A DNA stretch of 32,000 nucleotides from Parasynechococcus marenigrum WH 8102 (GCF_000195975.1 NC_005070.1:1110001-1142000); one strand, 5' to 3'; counted from the first letter of the stretch, positions 10,402 to 18,737 are shown. Numbers and translations are program-made. The notes: generated by a model from the letters alone, not told the origin.

Positions 10402-11337
10402 CTAAACAACAAGCTGTTCACTCACCTGCCAGAGCCGCGCTGCCTTGGCCTCATCGGCGGCTTCTGCCGAGGTTTCGGCGCGTTCGAACCGATGACGCCC
10501 AGGAGCAAGCAGCGTGTTGCTCCAGTAGCTGAATCCCGATGGCATGGCGGGATCCAGCACCAACCGCTCCAACAGTTCAGCTGCCCGCTGGGGATGTTCG
10601 GTGAGTCGTAACAGATCACGTGCCACGAAGCCAAACAACGCCTGGCCCAGGGGGTTGGCCTCGCGGCTGTTGCGGAAGAAACCATCACGACCCCGCGGAA
10701 TCACCAGGCCGGGACTCCAGCAGATCACGGGCAACTGCGGATGCCGCTCTGCCAGATGCCTGCCCATCAACAGGTTGCAGAGCTTGCTGTCCTTGTAGGC
10801 CTTGTCCGCATCAAAGGGCCGTTCACCGTTCACCATCTCTGAATGCTTCTTCAGTCCGGAGAGATCGCCGAGGCCGGCGGGGCGTCCCACCCGTCCGCCG
10901 CCACTGGCCGGGTTGTGCACCTCCGACGCTGTGATGACCAGCCTTGGAGCATGGGATCGCAGCAGCAGTGGCAGCAGATCCATCACCAGCCGCTGATGCG
11001 CCAGATGGTTGACGGCGATGGTGAGTTCCAGACCCTGGGCACTCCAGCGCACCTGCCGATGGCCGGCGTATTGCAAACCGGCGTTGAGCAGCAGGCCATC
11101 CAGGGCTTCATCCTTTTCAAGAAGCGCATGTCCGATGGCTTGAACCTGATCAAGGTCGGCCAGATCCGCCAGCAGCACGCGGCTTTCTCCCGTCAGCCAG
11201 CCGAGGGTCTGATCAGCTCGCTGCTGACTGCGGCAGATCACGGTGAGCCGGTGCCCCTGCTGTTGCAGCCGTTCGGCGGCGAGACGGCCGATACCGCTGC
11301 TGGCTCCGGTGATCAGCCAGTGCTGTAGATCAGCCAT
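10402..11337 (-). CDS. short-chain dehydrogenase/reductase (protochlorophyllide-reductase-like subgroup)
   Basis: TGASSGIG cofactor motif and YKDSK catalytic motif. 311 aa. Confidence 0.85.
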   Translation of the reverse strand: MADLQHWLITGASSGIGRLAAERLQQQGHRLTVICRSQQRADQTLGWLTGESRVLLADLADLDQVQAIGHALLEKDEALDGLLLNAGLQYAGHRQVRWSAQGLELTIAVNHLAHQRLVMDLLPLLLRSHAPRLVITASEVHNPASGGGRVGRPAGLGDLSGLKKHSEMVNGERPFDADKAYKDSKLCNLLMGRHLAERHPQLPVICWSPGLVIPRGRDGFFRNSREANPLGQALFGFVARDLLRLTEHPQRAAELLERLVLDPAMPSGFSYWSNTLLAPGRHRFERAETSAEAADEAKAARLWQVSEQLVV

Positions 11338-12142
11338 TGGTGTGGATCTTGAAGACGTACAGCCTCCCGTCCCGCTCGCTCACCACGTACAGGCGATTGC
11401 GGGCAGGGTCGATCGCCACACCTTCCGACTTGCGGATCCGTTTGGGCTTGTTGTCGGCTTCGATCACCAGATCGAGGCGCTGCAGCACCTGATCCTGTTC
11501 CCAGTCGTAGTGGTTCAGGCACTGTCCTTTGTCACTGGTGATCCAGATCGTGTTGCGTTCGGCGTCGTAGCTGAGGCCTGAGAAATCGAGGTTGTCCGGA
11601 CCCACGGTTGGGTGCACAAAGCCATTGGTGGCGTTGAGCAGTCGGGCCTGGAGGATGCTGTTGCCTTCCGCATCAAGCTCGATCAGCAGCCCTGGGCGCC
11701 CTTCCTTCACCACAAACAGATGCCCTGTGCGGGTGTTCACGGTGATCCCTTCCAGCCCTTTGTTGTCCGGTGGATCGGGGAAGAAGCGCTGAATGCTCTC
11801 GTAGTTGGTCATGGCCGCCAAGGGACGACGGCTGAGTTCGCGCCGTGTGGCGATGTCGATGGTGATCAGCGCGTTGGTCTCTTCCTGAACGGCATGGAGT
11901 CGGCTGCCATCGCCATTGATGGCAATCCCTTCCAGATCGTCGATGCCGATGAAAAAGGACTCGGTGATAGACAGGCGACCCTTCAGATCCAGACGGAACA
12001 CCGCCTTGGTGTCATCACTGACGGTGTAAAGGGCGCTGCCGTCGTGGTTCAGGGTCAGGCCGGAGGGTTCGTTCAGTCCAGCCGCCTTGTCGAGAATTCG
12101 GTGTTCGCTGATCAGGCTGAGGCTGAGTGTGGCGTCGGTCAT
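11330..12142 (-). CDS. beta-propeller protein, SdiA-regulated/YjiK-like
   Basis: Recurring blade signatures (EPSGLT, LEGIAINGDG, LEGITVN, FSGLSYD, SEGVAIDP). Overlaps the SDR start by 8 nt. Confidence 0.6.
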   Translation of the reverse strand: MTDATLSLSLISEHRILDKAAGLNEPSGLTLNHDGSALYTVSDDTKAVFRLDLKGRLSITESFFIGIDDLEGIAINGDGSRLHAVQEETNALITIDIATRRELSRRPLAAMTNYESIQRFFPDPPDNKGLEGITVNTRTGHLFVVKEGRPGLLIELDAEGNSILQARLLNATNGFVHPTVGPDNLDFSGLSYDAERNTIWITSDKGQCLNHYDWEQDQVLQRLDLVIEADNKPKRIRKSEGVAIDPARNRLYVVSERDGRLYVFKIHTNG

Positions 12143-12216
12143 GGCAGTGCCCTCGCTGGTCCAAGGATTTCAGGGCGTGGGCTCTGGTGGGGTCTGCTGG
12201 AGCACCAGGGTCGAGA

Positions 12217-12786
12217 ATGAAAGGCTTCTGGCACGGGCAAGCGATGCGACGCCTCGCGGTCTACTGCGGATCCAGATCTGGCCACGCGCCGGAGCATGGT
12301 CAGGTCGCCACGGCATTGGGCCGCGCCATGGCCCGTCGCGGTGTGGGGTTGGTGTATGGCGCCGCCCAGATTGGTCTGATGGGCACGATCGCCGATGCAG
12401 TGCTGGCTGCTGATGGGGAGGTGATCGGCGTGATCCCCGAAGCGTTGATGGATGCCGAGGTTGCTCACCATCAGCTCACGCGCCTGGAGGTCGTTGCCGA
12501 CATGCATGTCCGCAAGGCGCGCATGATCGAATTGGCAGATGCCACGGTCGCGCTGCCGGGGGGGCTTGGAACCCTGGAGGAGTTGTTTGAAGCACTCACC
12601 TGGTTGCAGCTGCGCTTTCACGGCAAACCCTGTGCCTTGCTCAATGTGTCCGGCTACTACGACCATCTTCTCCAGTTCCTGGATGGAGCGGTGGCCGATG
12701 GTTTCGTGGCTGAGGAGCACCGCGGGCTGCTGAAGGTGCATCAGGACCCGGAGCGGCTCCTGGATGAGCTGTTGCAACACCCCTGA
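12217..12786 (+). CDS. LOG-family cytokinin riboside 5'-monophosphate phosphoribohydrolase (TIGR00730 type)
   Basis: VYCGS, GLVYGAAQIGLMG and PGGLGTLEEL motifs. The start could be the ATG at 12217 or at 12244. Confidence 0.85.
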   Translation: MKGFWHGQAMRRLAVYCGSRSGHAPEHGQVATALGRAMARRGVGLVYGAAQIGLMGTIADAVLAADGEVIGVIPEALMDAEVAHHQLTRLEVVADMHVRKARMIELADATVALPGGLGTLEELFEALTWLQLRFHGKPCALLNVSGYYDHLLQFLDGAVADGFVAEEHRGLLKVHQDPERLLDELLQHP

Positions 12787-13481
12787 TGTCACGCACGGTT
12801 CTGATCACCGGTGCCAGCCGCGGTATCGGCCGGTCGGTGGCCGAGCATTTTCTGGCAGAGGGGCATCGTCTCTGCCTGGGTCTGAGGGATCCGGAAGCCG
12901 TGAAGGGAACACTGCTGGACAACGCTCATGTGCTGCCAGTCGCCTACGACGCCAGCCAACCTGAGCAGGCTGCGTCTTTGGTGGATGCTGCAAGTTCCTG
13001 GGCAGGGGGTGTGGACGCGCTGATCCATTGCGCGGGGATTCTGCATCGCACACCACTGTTGTTTGAGGACGGTCAGGACGCGGAGTTGGAGGAGCTGTGG
13101 CAGGTCAACGTGATGGTGCCCTGGTGGTTGACGCGAGCGGCCTGGCCGCATCTCCGCTCCTGTGGTAACGGCCGGATCCAGGTGATGGTTTCAATGAGCG
13201 GTAAACGGGTGAAAGGTCGGATGGCGGGGTACCCCTTGAGCAAGTTCGGCTTGATGGCGTTATGTCAGTCCATGCGGAATGAAGGCTTTGATCACGGCAT
13301 CCGGGTGACGGCGATCTGCCCGAGCTGGGTGAACACCGCCATGGCCCTGTCGGTGAGCTCCGTACCTGCGCAATCCATGACGCAGCCAAGGGATCTCGCC
13401 TGCCTGATGGGACGTCTTCTGGAGCTCCCTGATGCAGCCGTGCCCTTTGAAATCGCGGTGAACTGTGCGCTTGAGACTTGA
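12786..13481 (+). CDS. SDR-family oxidoreductase
   Basis: ITGASRGIG motif. TGATG stop/start overlap with the LOG gene. Confidence 0.85.
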   Translation: MSRTVLITGASRGIGRSVAEHFLAEGHRLCLGLRDPEAVKGTLLDNAHVLPVAYDASQPEQAASLVDAASSWAGGVDALIHCAGILHRTPLLFEDGQDAELEELWQVNVMVPWWLTRAAWPHLRSCGNGRIQVMVSMSGKRVKGRMAGYPLSKFGLMALCQSMRNEGFDHGIRVTAICPSWVNTAMALSVSSVPAQSMTQPRDLACLMGRLLELPDAAVPFEIAVNCALET

Positions 13482-13837
13482 TGGCGGGCTTTGGGTGGCT
13501 GTCCAGAACGGTCACCGGAGTTACCACTCGGGCAGAAGATTCTTCGGCCATGTGCCTGTTCGCTGCACTCGGATTGCTGGCGCCACGCTTGATCCTGGTG
13601 CTGATGTGGCTCTTCAACAGCAGCTTTGTGCTGCAACCGTTCGCGGGCATGGCGGTTCCGAATCCCGTGCTGCCCATCGCTGGTCTGCTGCTGCTGCCCA
13701 CCACCACCCATGGTTTCTGCTGGGCCACGTCCGCCTTCGGTGGCGTGTCGTCCTTCAGCGGAATGCTGGTGGTGGCCATCGGTGTGATCATTGATCTCGG
13801 CCTGATCGGCAATGGCCGCGGTTTGGCCAAGCGCTGA
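13478..13837 (+). CDS. small integral membrane protein (hypothetical)
   Basis: 119 aa, three hydrophobic segments, start overlaps the upstream stop. Confidence 0.5.
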   Translation: MMAGFGWLSRTVTGVTTRAEDSSAMCLFAALGLLAPRLILVLMWLFNSSFVLQPFAGMAVPNPVLPIAGLLLLPTTTHGFCWATSAFGGVSSFSGMLVVAIGVIIDLGLIGNGRGLAKR

Positions 13838-13853
13838 TCCTGATCTGCCCTTG

Positions 13854-14315
13854 ATGACTGAAACCTGCGGCATCTGCCACTTGCACCAGGATCCGCCGAG
13901 TCGCGAGCGGTATGAGATCAGCCGTACTGATCTGTGGGTGCTCCGCCACCATCCGGATCCAGCTCCTCTTCCGGGCTGGTTGCTGTTGGACAGTCTTCGC
14001 CATTGCGGTGGGCCGTTGGCCTTCGAACCCCGAGAGGCTGAATCATGGGGGCTAGCCGTGCGCGATGCCAGTCAGATGGTGCAGCAGATCACCGGCTGTG
14101 ATCGCGTCTATGCCATCGCCTTTGGTGAGGGTGCTCCCCATCTGCACCTCCACCTGATCCCACGATTCGCCGATGATCCAGCCACTAGCGCCTGGTTGGT
14201 GGCAGATCATTACCGGGCAGTGCAGGCCTGCCAGCGAGAAGCATCTCCTGCAGCTCAGGTGCAGGAGATGGTGGAACTGGCTCGTTGCATCAGCGGATCA
14301 CGATCCATCTGCTGA
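13854..14315 (+). CDS. HIT-family hydrolase
   Basis: Histidine triad HLHLHLIPR and an N-terminal CGIC. The ATG at 13854 is preferred. Confidence 0.8.
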   Translation: MTETCGICHLHQDPPSRERYEISRTDLWVLRHHPDPAPLPGWLLLDSLRHCGGPLAFEPREAESWGLAVRDASQMVQQITGCDRVYAIAFGEGAPHLHLHLIPRFADDPATSAWLVADHYRAVQACQREASPAAQVQEMVELARCISGSRSIC

Positions 14316-14328
14316 TTTGACCTGGCGG

Positions 14329-14748
14329 CTACCCACGCTGAAAGCGTTTGCGGGTGTTTTTGGAAACACGAAGGCTGCGCAATCGTCCTAGCGGCCAACC
14401 CAACTGGTGGAGATGGGCCAGCGTGGAGGTTTCGGCATCGAAGCAGCCCTCGCAGTAACTGCTCTGAATGCCGATTTCCTTGAGGGTGAGCAGCAGCAGG
14501 CGCTCCTCCCGGCGGGTGCCGCGCCGGGCTTCCATCAGCTCAAAGCCCCGTTGCTGATGCTCGGTTGTGGAGGCTGAGAGGGTTTCGGTGTAGCCGATCA
14601 GAAGGGTCTGATCGATGGCTCGATAAGCGGTGTAAACGACGCCTTCCGGGTTGGCTTCCAGGGTCTGAACCCGTTCGCTCAGGGCGATCACGGCTTCCAT
14701 GGTCGGGGCCTGCAGGGCCTTTTCAAACAGCTCGATGGAGCTTGTCAT
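14329..14748 (-). CDS. hypothetical protein, partner of the RHH gene
   Basis: 139 aa from the internal ATG at 14748, which lies 2 nt after the RHH stop. The longer 252-aa ORF overlaps the RHH gene out of frame. Confidence 0.55.
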   Translation of the reverse strand: MTSSIELFEKALQAPTMEAVIALSERVQTLEANPEGVVYTAYRAIDQTLLIGYTETLSASTTEHQQRGFELMEARRGTRREERLLLLTLKEIGIQSSYCEGCFDAETSTLAHLHQLGWPLGRLRSLRVSKNTRKRFQRG

Positions 14749-14750
14749 GG

Positions 14751-14987
14751 TCAAAGACCTCCAATGGCCAGTCGTTCGTCGCAGGCTCCCTCGTAAGCAC
14801 GAATCGCTGCCGAAGGGATGGAGCCGTTGCTCTTCAGCTGCCGGATCGAAAGCTCCACGCATTGCAACACGACGCTGGTAAGTTCCCGGCCCTCGCACAG
14901 TGCCCAACTGCGCAGCAACACATGCAGGCTTGGCGGCACGGAGACCGTGAGCTTCACCTGGTTTTCCCGCGTCGCCGCTTTGATCAT
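14751..14987 (-). CDS. ribbon-helix-helix (CopG/Arc-like) DNA-binding protein
   Basis: 78 aa. Strand-helix-helix pattern (KLTVSVPPSLHVLLRSWALCEGRELTSVVLQCVELSIRQL). Confidence 0.55.
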   Translation of the reverse strand: MIKAATRENQVKLTVSVPPSLHVLLRSWALCEGRELTSVVLQCVELSIRQLKSNGSIPSAAIRAYEGACDERLAIGGL

Positions 14988-15199
14988 GGCCAGGGCCTGT
15001 CGAGCAGCTCAAGAGTAGCCTTGAAGGAACTCTAGGGCAACTACAGGGTTGCTGTGCAGTGCATTTGCTGTTGCTAAACGGTTGCAACGGGGCGTCTCTC
15101 CGATTGCTCTGATCGATTGCTCCCCATCCTTTTCGCTGTGAAGACGCATCACAGATTGTTGATCGGCCCTATTGGTTCAGACATTGTGATCAGGATTAC

Positions 15200-15388
15200 A
15201 TGGGCCCTATGAACACACCGACCGGGACGTGGAGTAACAACCAACCTCCAGCCACATTCGAAAAGCTTTGGCGTGGACTAATTCTTGTTGGTGCGATTCA
15301 CCTCGGCGGCATGCTTGTCAACGTTGTGTTTCAGATGCTTGGAAACCACAGCCTGGATGGCATTCCCGCCAAGTTCTTAGGCCTGTAA
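15200..15388 (+). CDS. small membrane protein (hypothetical)
   Basis: 62 aa with one TM helix, in the low-GC tract. Confidence 0.3.
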   Translation: MGPMNTPTGTWSNNQPPATFEKLWRGLILVGAIHLGGMLVNVVFQMLGNHSLDGIPAKFLGL

Positions 15389-15473
15389 TTGAGCAGAATT
15401 TATTTTAAGTATGACGATCACAGGTGTTCCCAGCACAGGATCACCTTTGATTTCTTGAACTCATCCGTAGCGA

Positions 15474-15791
15474 TCATGACATTTTCGCAAACAACTTTTT
15501 GTGGTAATCAACGACGTCCTGGCAGCCGATCACCGGCGTGAATTCCATCTCAATTCCAAACTGAGCACGCCAGGGCGCAAAGTGCTCAAAGATCTGCGCG
15601 TCGCTCTCAGCTTTAAACAGTAAGGTCACACGACCGGCGCCGGGAGCATGGACGCGAAAGAGCATTTCAAATCCGTCAGCGTTATCGGCTTGAGCCATTT
15701 CGCCTGAGTCCCAGAGCTCACAGAAACTTTTGTAGGCAGCCAATTGGCTTTCAATATCAGGAAAGATGCAGTCTGCTAGGTACATTTGCAT
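15474..15791 (-). CDS. small alpha/beta protein, DUF3303-like (tentative)
   Basis: 105-aa clean ORF. The C-terminal pattern (W..F.IEMEFTPVI...DVV) recalls DUF3303, from memory. Confidence 0.55.
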   Translation of the reverse strand: MQMYLADCIFPDIESQLAAYKSFCELWDSGEMAQADNADGFEMLFRVHAPGAGRVTLLFKAESDAQIFEHFAPWRAQFGIEMEFTPVIGCQDVVDYHKKLFAKMS

Positions 15792-16132
15792 TGTCGGGGT
15801 GAGCGAGGGTCAATCAAGTGCTATCAACGCTTGTGTTTCTTGTCCTCTTCTGCATCCTTTCGGGCGTTGTACGATTATTTCTCGATGACCATCCGATCAG
15901 AGTTGTGCCTGAGCTCTGCGGATCCCTCTGTCTGATGAATGACAGAGTGACTGAGTTGTTGTGGGAATCATTGTGAGTTGTTTTTTTGAAAGACGGATTG
16001 GACTTGGATTTGACGGCTCCACGTCTCTATTGATGCTCTTGTTAAAAATAGATTGATCGGGTGCGTTGCCAGCAGTGCTCCCTCAGTCGGACGAATTTCC
16101 AGCCAGAATTGATGCAACAATCTTCTTCTCGC

Positions 16133-16327
16133 ATGCGGTTGTTGCTAGTCGCGGTGATGTCCATAACAGCCCTTGCTGTTGTGCTGATTGCTAGGGCCAG
16201 TGGTTCCCAGGACTACACAACGCATATTGGACTGCGGGTGCCACCTTCTGAAGCGCGCTGCGTCAAGACAGGCGAGCTCAGCACTGACGACGACAAACGG
16301 CTGAGTATTTTCCAGTGCCCTGTTTGA
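16133..16327 (+). CDS. small secreted or membrane protein (hypothetical)
   Basis: Signal/TM-like MRLLLVAVMSITALAVVLIA. The ORF opens at GTG 16061, so the start is uncertain. Confidence 0.3.
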   Translation: MRLLLVAVMSITALAVVLIARASGSQDYTTHIGLRVPPSEARCVKTGELSTDDDKRLSIFQCPV

Positions 16328-17217
16328 TCAGGAGTCTTGAGCCAGCTGAAGGCAAGGTGAGGAACAGGGTTTGCACGAGCCAGCATTGAGACGTTTGAAC
16401 AACTAGGCTTACTGCTTTGTTGGTGAGCAATGATTCCAGAGCCGCACGAGCTTTTCGATATCGACAAGGGTGCCGACAAGTTGTTCTTCATTGGTACCAC
16501 CTGGATCGTATTGTTTCTATTTTTGCTCTAAAAGGCATAGTCCACTATCACTCATGGTGTTTGAAAATAGTCCGCTAGGGAAAGGTTTACGCAGAGAAAG
16601 ATTCTCCTCTTGCAAGCTTTTGTATCGAGTTAATGTCGCTTGATCCGCTATAGGCCTTAGTGAACCATGTGCAGATCTTGCTGATAACCGCTGTTCTACC
16701 AGGCAGCTTGGAAAATTGGAAAAATTGCGTCAAATCTACCAAGTAGTACGTAAAATTCAGATACGATATCGAAATTACTCGATTTGAAGTCGTTTTCTTG
16801 ATGTATTAGTTTTGTTTTATCGCATGACATTTTCACAAGAACCTGTTGGTGCTGCAAATTACTCAAGCTTAAACATCATCGACCTCAATAAATAAGCTGT
16901 GCCCGTAATTAGTCAGATTCAGTTAATCACTTCCAGGGCGTTGGCAGTGGGTTTGTCTATTGCTCATTTGTATTGAGAGGCTCATAACTTCTGATAAACT
17001 CACCATTGCTGTTTTTAATTTTGCCTGCATCCCACGACTGAGGGATTGATTTGGATAGGGGTCTCCCTCAAATGGGTGAACTCGTCATGCAGCCAAAGCA
17101 AAACAGGACAGATTCAGCGGTCAATGCACAAACAATGATGTGGAGCCGCCGATTAAGACTCGATCAACTAAAAATTGATAGGTCCTGCCGCCAACTGGAC
17201 AGGCTTCATTCTGTTTT

Positions 17218-17280
<63 letters not shown>

Positions 17281-17320
17281 CTTTTTCATCACTAAACCAT
17301 TGTAAATACTGGATTCTTGC

Positions 17321-17360
17321 GTGCCCTAAATCGTGAGTGCTCTAAAACGTGCCCTAAATC
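17321..17360 (+). promoter_or_regulatory. three tandem 12-bp repeats GTGC(C/T)CTAAA(T/A)C, candidate arm-type recombinase or Xis sites
   Basis: Exact GTGCCCTAAATC at 17321 and 17349, with variant GTGCTCTAAAAC at 17337. They lie 40-80 bp inside attL. Confidence 0.4.
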
Positions 17361-17401
17361 CAGCTGGAGCTTTTCTCGAAGGTTGCACGGAGCCGCCAGC
17401 C

Positions 17402-17411
17402 GTACTAGTAC
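17402..17411. promoter_or_regulatory. 10-bp perfect palindrome GTACTAGTAC (copy 1), candidate operator
   Basis: It lies 22 nt upstream of the start at 17433. The identical decamer recurs at 21286. Confidence 0.35.
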
Positions 17412-17432
17412 TGGTGTATTGGGAAGAGGAAT

Positions 17433-17681
17433 GTGTCGGTTGATCATGCGAGCGCCGTTGCAGCGCCAAAGTCGGATCCCGTCTTTCTGCACGTCAAAGC
17501 AGGCATGACCGTGATCGTCACTGACACGGATGGGGCCTGGCGGATGGCTGATGTGATTTGGGTCGATGGCGGTGCCAGGAACCCAAAGGTTCCAACGTTG
17601 TTTCAGGTGGCTGACGTCGATACAGGCGTCATCAACTGGATCAACGCTGACTTAGTGACTCACATCGTCCCCAGGGTCTGA
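17433..17681 (+). CDS. DUF3104-like small cyanobacterial protein (tentative)
   Basis: 82 aa. GTG start preceded by GGAAGAGGA. The pattern W.MADVIWVDGGARNP..PTLFQVADVDTG.INWINADLVTHI recalls DUF3104, from memory. Confidence 0.55.
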   Translation: MSVDHASAVAAPKSDPVFLHVKAGMTVIVTDTDGAWRMADVIWVDGGARNPKVPTLFQVADVDTGVINWINADLVTHIVPRV

Positions 17682-17722
17682 TTTGAGTGGATAGGGTCCA
17701 CGGACTCTTAAGTCCACTTCTC

Positions 17723-17899
17723 ATGAACCGGTCCCCAAATTTCGCCTTCATTGGCGGCACCGTGATCATCGCGATCATGGTCATGACTGCCTTCGCCAAT
17801 TTGGCTAACGCTGGCGGCTGCTCTTACAGCAAGTCAGCCGAAGCAACCCCCGAGCAGGTTGAGCAGAAAAAGAGCGAGGAGCCTGGGGTAGAGGCTTGA
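17723..17899 (+). CDS. small secreted protein or lipoprotein candidate
   Basis: 58 aa with a hydrophobic N-terminus ending in ANAGGC. The ORF opens at GTG 17687. Confidence 0.35.
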   Translation: MNRSPNFAFIGGTVIIAIMVMTAFANLANAGGCSYSKSAEATPEQVEQKKSEEPGVEA

Positions 17900-17932
17900 T
17901 CGCTTAGGACAAGCCACAAGCTGTCCTCGCCT

Positions 17933-17951
17933 AACTGGCACAGTGACAGTT
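17933..17951. promoter_or_regulatory. 19-bp near-palindrome AACTGGCAC-A-GTGACAGTT upstream of sRNA copy A
   Basis: One mismatch from the perfect palindrome found at 21734. It overlaps the expected -35 region, and TATGAT at 17960 is a -10 candidate. Confidence 0.4.
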
Positions 17952-17971
17952 GGAACGCTTATGATCCGAAA

Positions 17972-18056
17972 GTGAGGAAAAAATCTCACGGGTTGGAAAC
18001 AAGGACACAACCCCGTGCGGTTTCGGGACCCCTGCCTTTGGCGGGGGTTTCTTTTT
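17972..18056 (+). ncRNA. Yfr2-family-like sRNA, copy A
   Basis: 5' GUGAGGA, then the hairpin CACGGGUU/AACCCCGUG with GGAAACA in its loop, then an intrinsic terminator (CCCCTGCC-TTT-GGCGGGGG plus a T-run). About 85 nt. Confidence 0.55.
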
Positions 18057-18196
18057 GTGTAGGGACGCCGTCGCCTGCCATCGCACACCTATTGTCAGCT
18101 TGTAGCAACAGCTACAAAACGTTCACCCCTCTTTCGGGGGGCGCAGACACTCCAAGCCACGGAACGGGGACTTGGAATTATCTGAGGAACTATCCG

Positions 18197-18364
18197 ATGA
18201 CTGCTCTTCTTTACAGAGGCCGTCCTTACACGACTCCACAAGCCTCACCCAAATCTTGCGTTGAGCTGACCTATCGCCGCGGTCACTACAACACCTGCCG
18301 CGAAGAAGTGGCTCGCAACGTTCATCAGAGCTTGACTTATAGAGGCGCCACCTACAACAAGTAA
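18197..18364 (+). CDS. DUF4278-domain small protein
   Basis: 55 aa with three (L/T)YR(G/R)..Y motifs (LLYRGRPY, LTYRRGHY, LTYRGATY). GAGGA lies 8 nt upstream of the ATG. Confidence 0.65.
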   Translation: MTALLYRGRPYTTPQASPKSCVELTYRRGHYNTCREEVARNVHQSLTYRGATYNK

Positions 18365-18386
18365 TCAAGGCACCGTAAGGACATGG

Positions 18387-18413
18387 CCCCTGCTACGGCG
18401 GGGGTTTCTTTTT
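18387..18413 (+). terminator. intrinsic terminator, a duplicate of the sRNA terminator
   Basis: CCCCTGC-loop-GCGGGGG followed by TTTCTTTTT. Near-identical to 18029-18056 and 21829-21856. Confidence 0.6.
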
Positions 18414-18504
18414 GACATCCGTTGCCCACAGGGTTAGTGAATCAAAATTTTGCCTGGGGCTCGCAAAAGCCGCTCATGGCACCATCCCTAGTGCTCTAGG
18501 GCAC

Positions 18505-18534
18505 AAAAAAACCCGGTGTGACTTGCACAACGGG
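18505..18534 (-). terminator. minus-strand intrinsic terminator inside repeat copy A
   Basis: The minus strand reads CCCGTTGTG-loop-CACACCGGG followed by T7. The only difference between copies falls in the loop. Confidence 0.5.
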
Positions 18535-18737
18535 CTGGGTGATGGGGGAAATCTAAATATGGCTTAGCCGCCAAGTACTGACCAGTCCCACATATGGTGT
18601 CACCCATTACTGGTCAGAACTTCGATACACAATTAAGGAGTTCCACGGGGCACAAATGATGTGGCACAAATGAGTCCAATGCGGCTAGTTTTGTCGGGTC
18701 CGGCCGGGTGATGGGGATCAGCCGAAAGGATTGAAGG

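Noticed and set aside
14329-15087. 252-aa version of the minus-strand ORF.
   Set aside because: Its first 113 codons overlap the RHH gene in another frame and are Pro/Gly/Arg/Ser-rich. The internal ATG at 14748, 2 nt after the RHH stop, gives a coherent gene.
15140-15160. GTGAAGACGC, which resembles part of the tRNA-Ser variable arm. I considered it a possible older att remnant.
   Set aside because: The match is only about 10 nt with no flanking similarity, which is indistinguishable from chance.
17937-17953. TGGCAC...TTGG resembling a sigma-54 -24/-12 promoter.
   Set aside because: The spacing does not fit TGGCAC-N5-TTGC, and cyanobacteria are not known to encode RpoN. The sequence is better explained as one arm of the 19-bp palindrome.
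17972-18364. 130-aa ORF covering the sRNA, its terminator and the DUF4278 gene.
   Set aside because: The first 75 codons run across an sRNA-like hairpin and an intrinsic terminator. Only the last 55 codons (ATG 18197, with an RBS) have a recognisable family pattern.
18560-18676. Mini-ORFs inside the large repeat: AAGGAG followed by ATG ATG TGG CAC AAA TGA on the plus strand, and a 39-codon ORF on the minus strand. I considered a type I toxin-antitoxin.
   Set aside because: The plus-strand ORF is only 5 codons. The minus-strand ORF's ATG is ATA in copy B and the peptide is not hydrophobic. No conserved coding potential remains.
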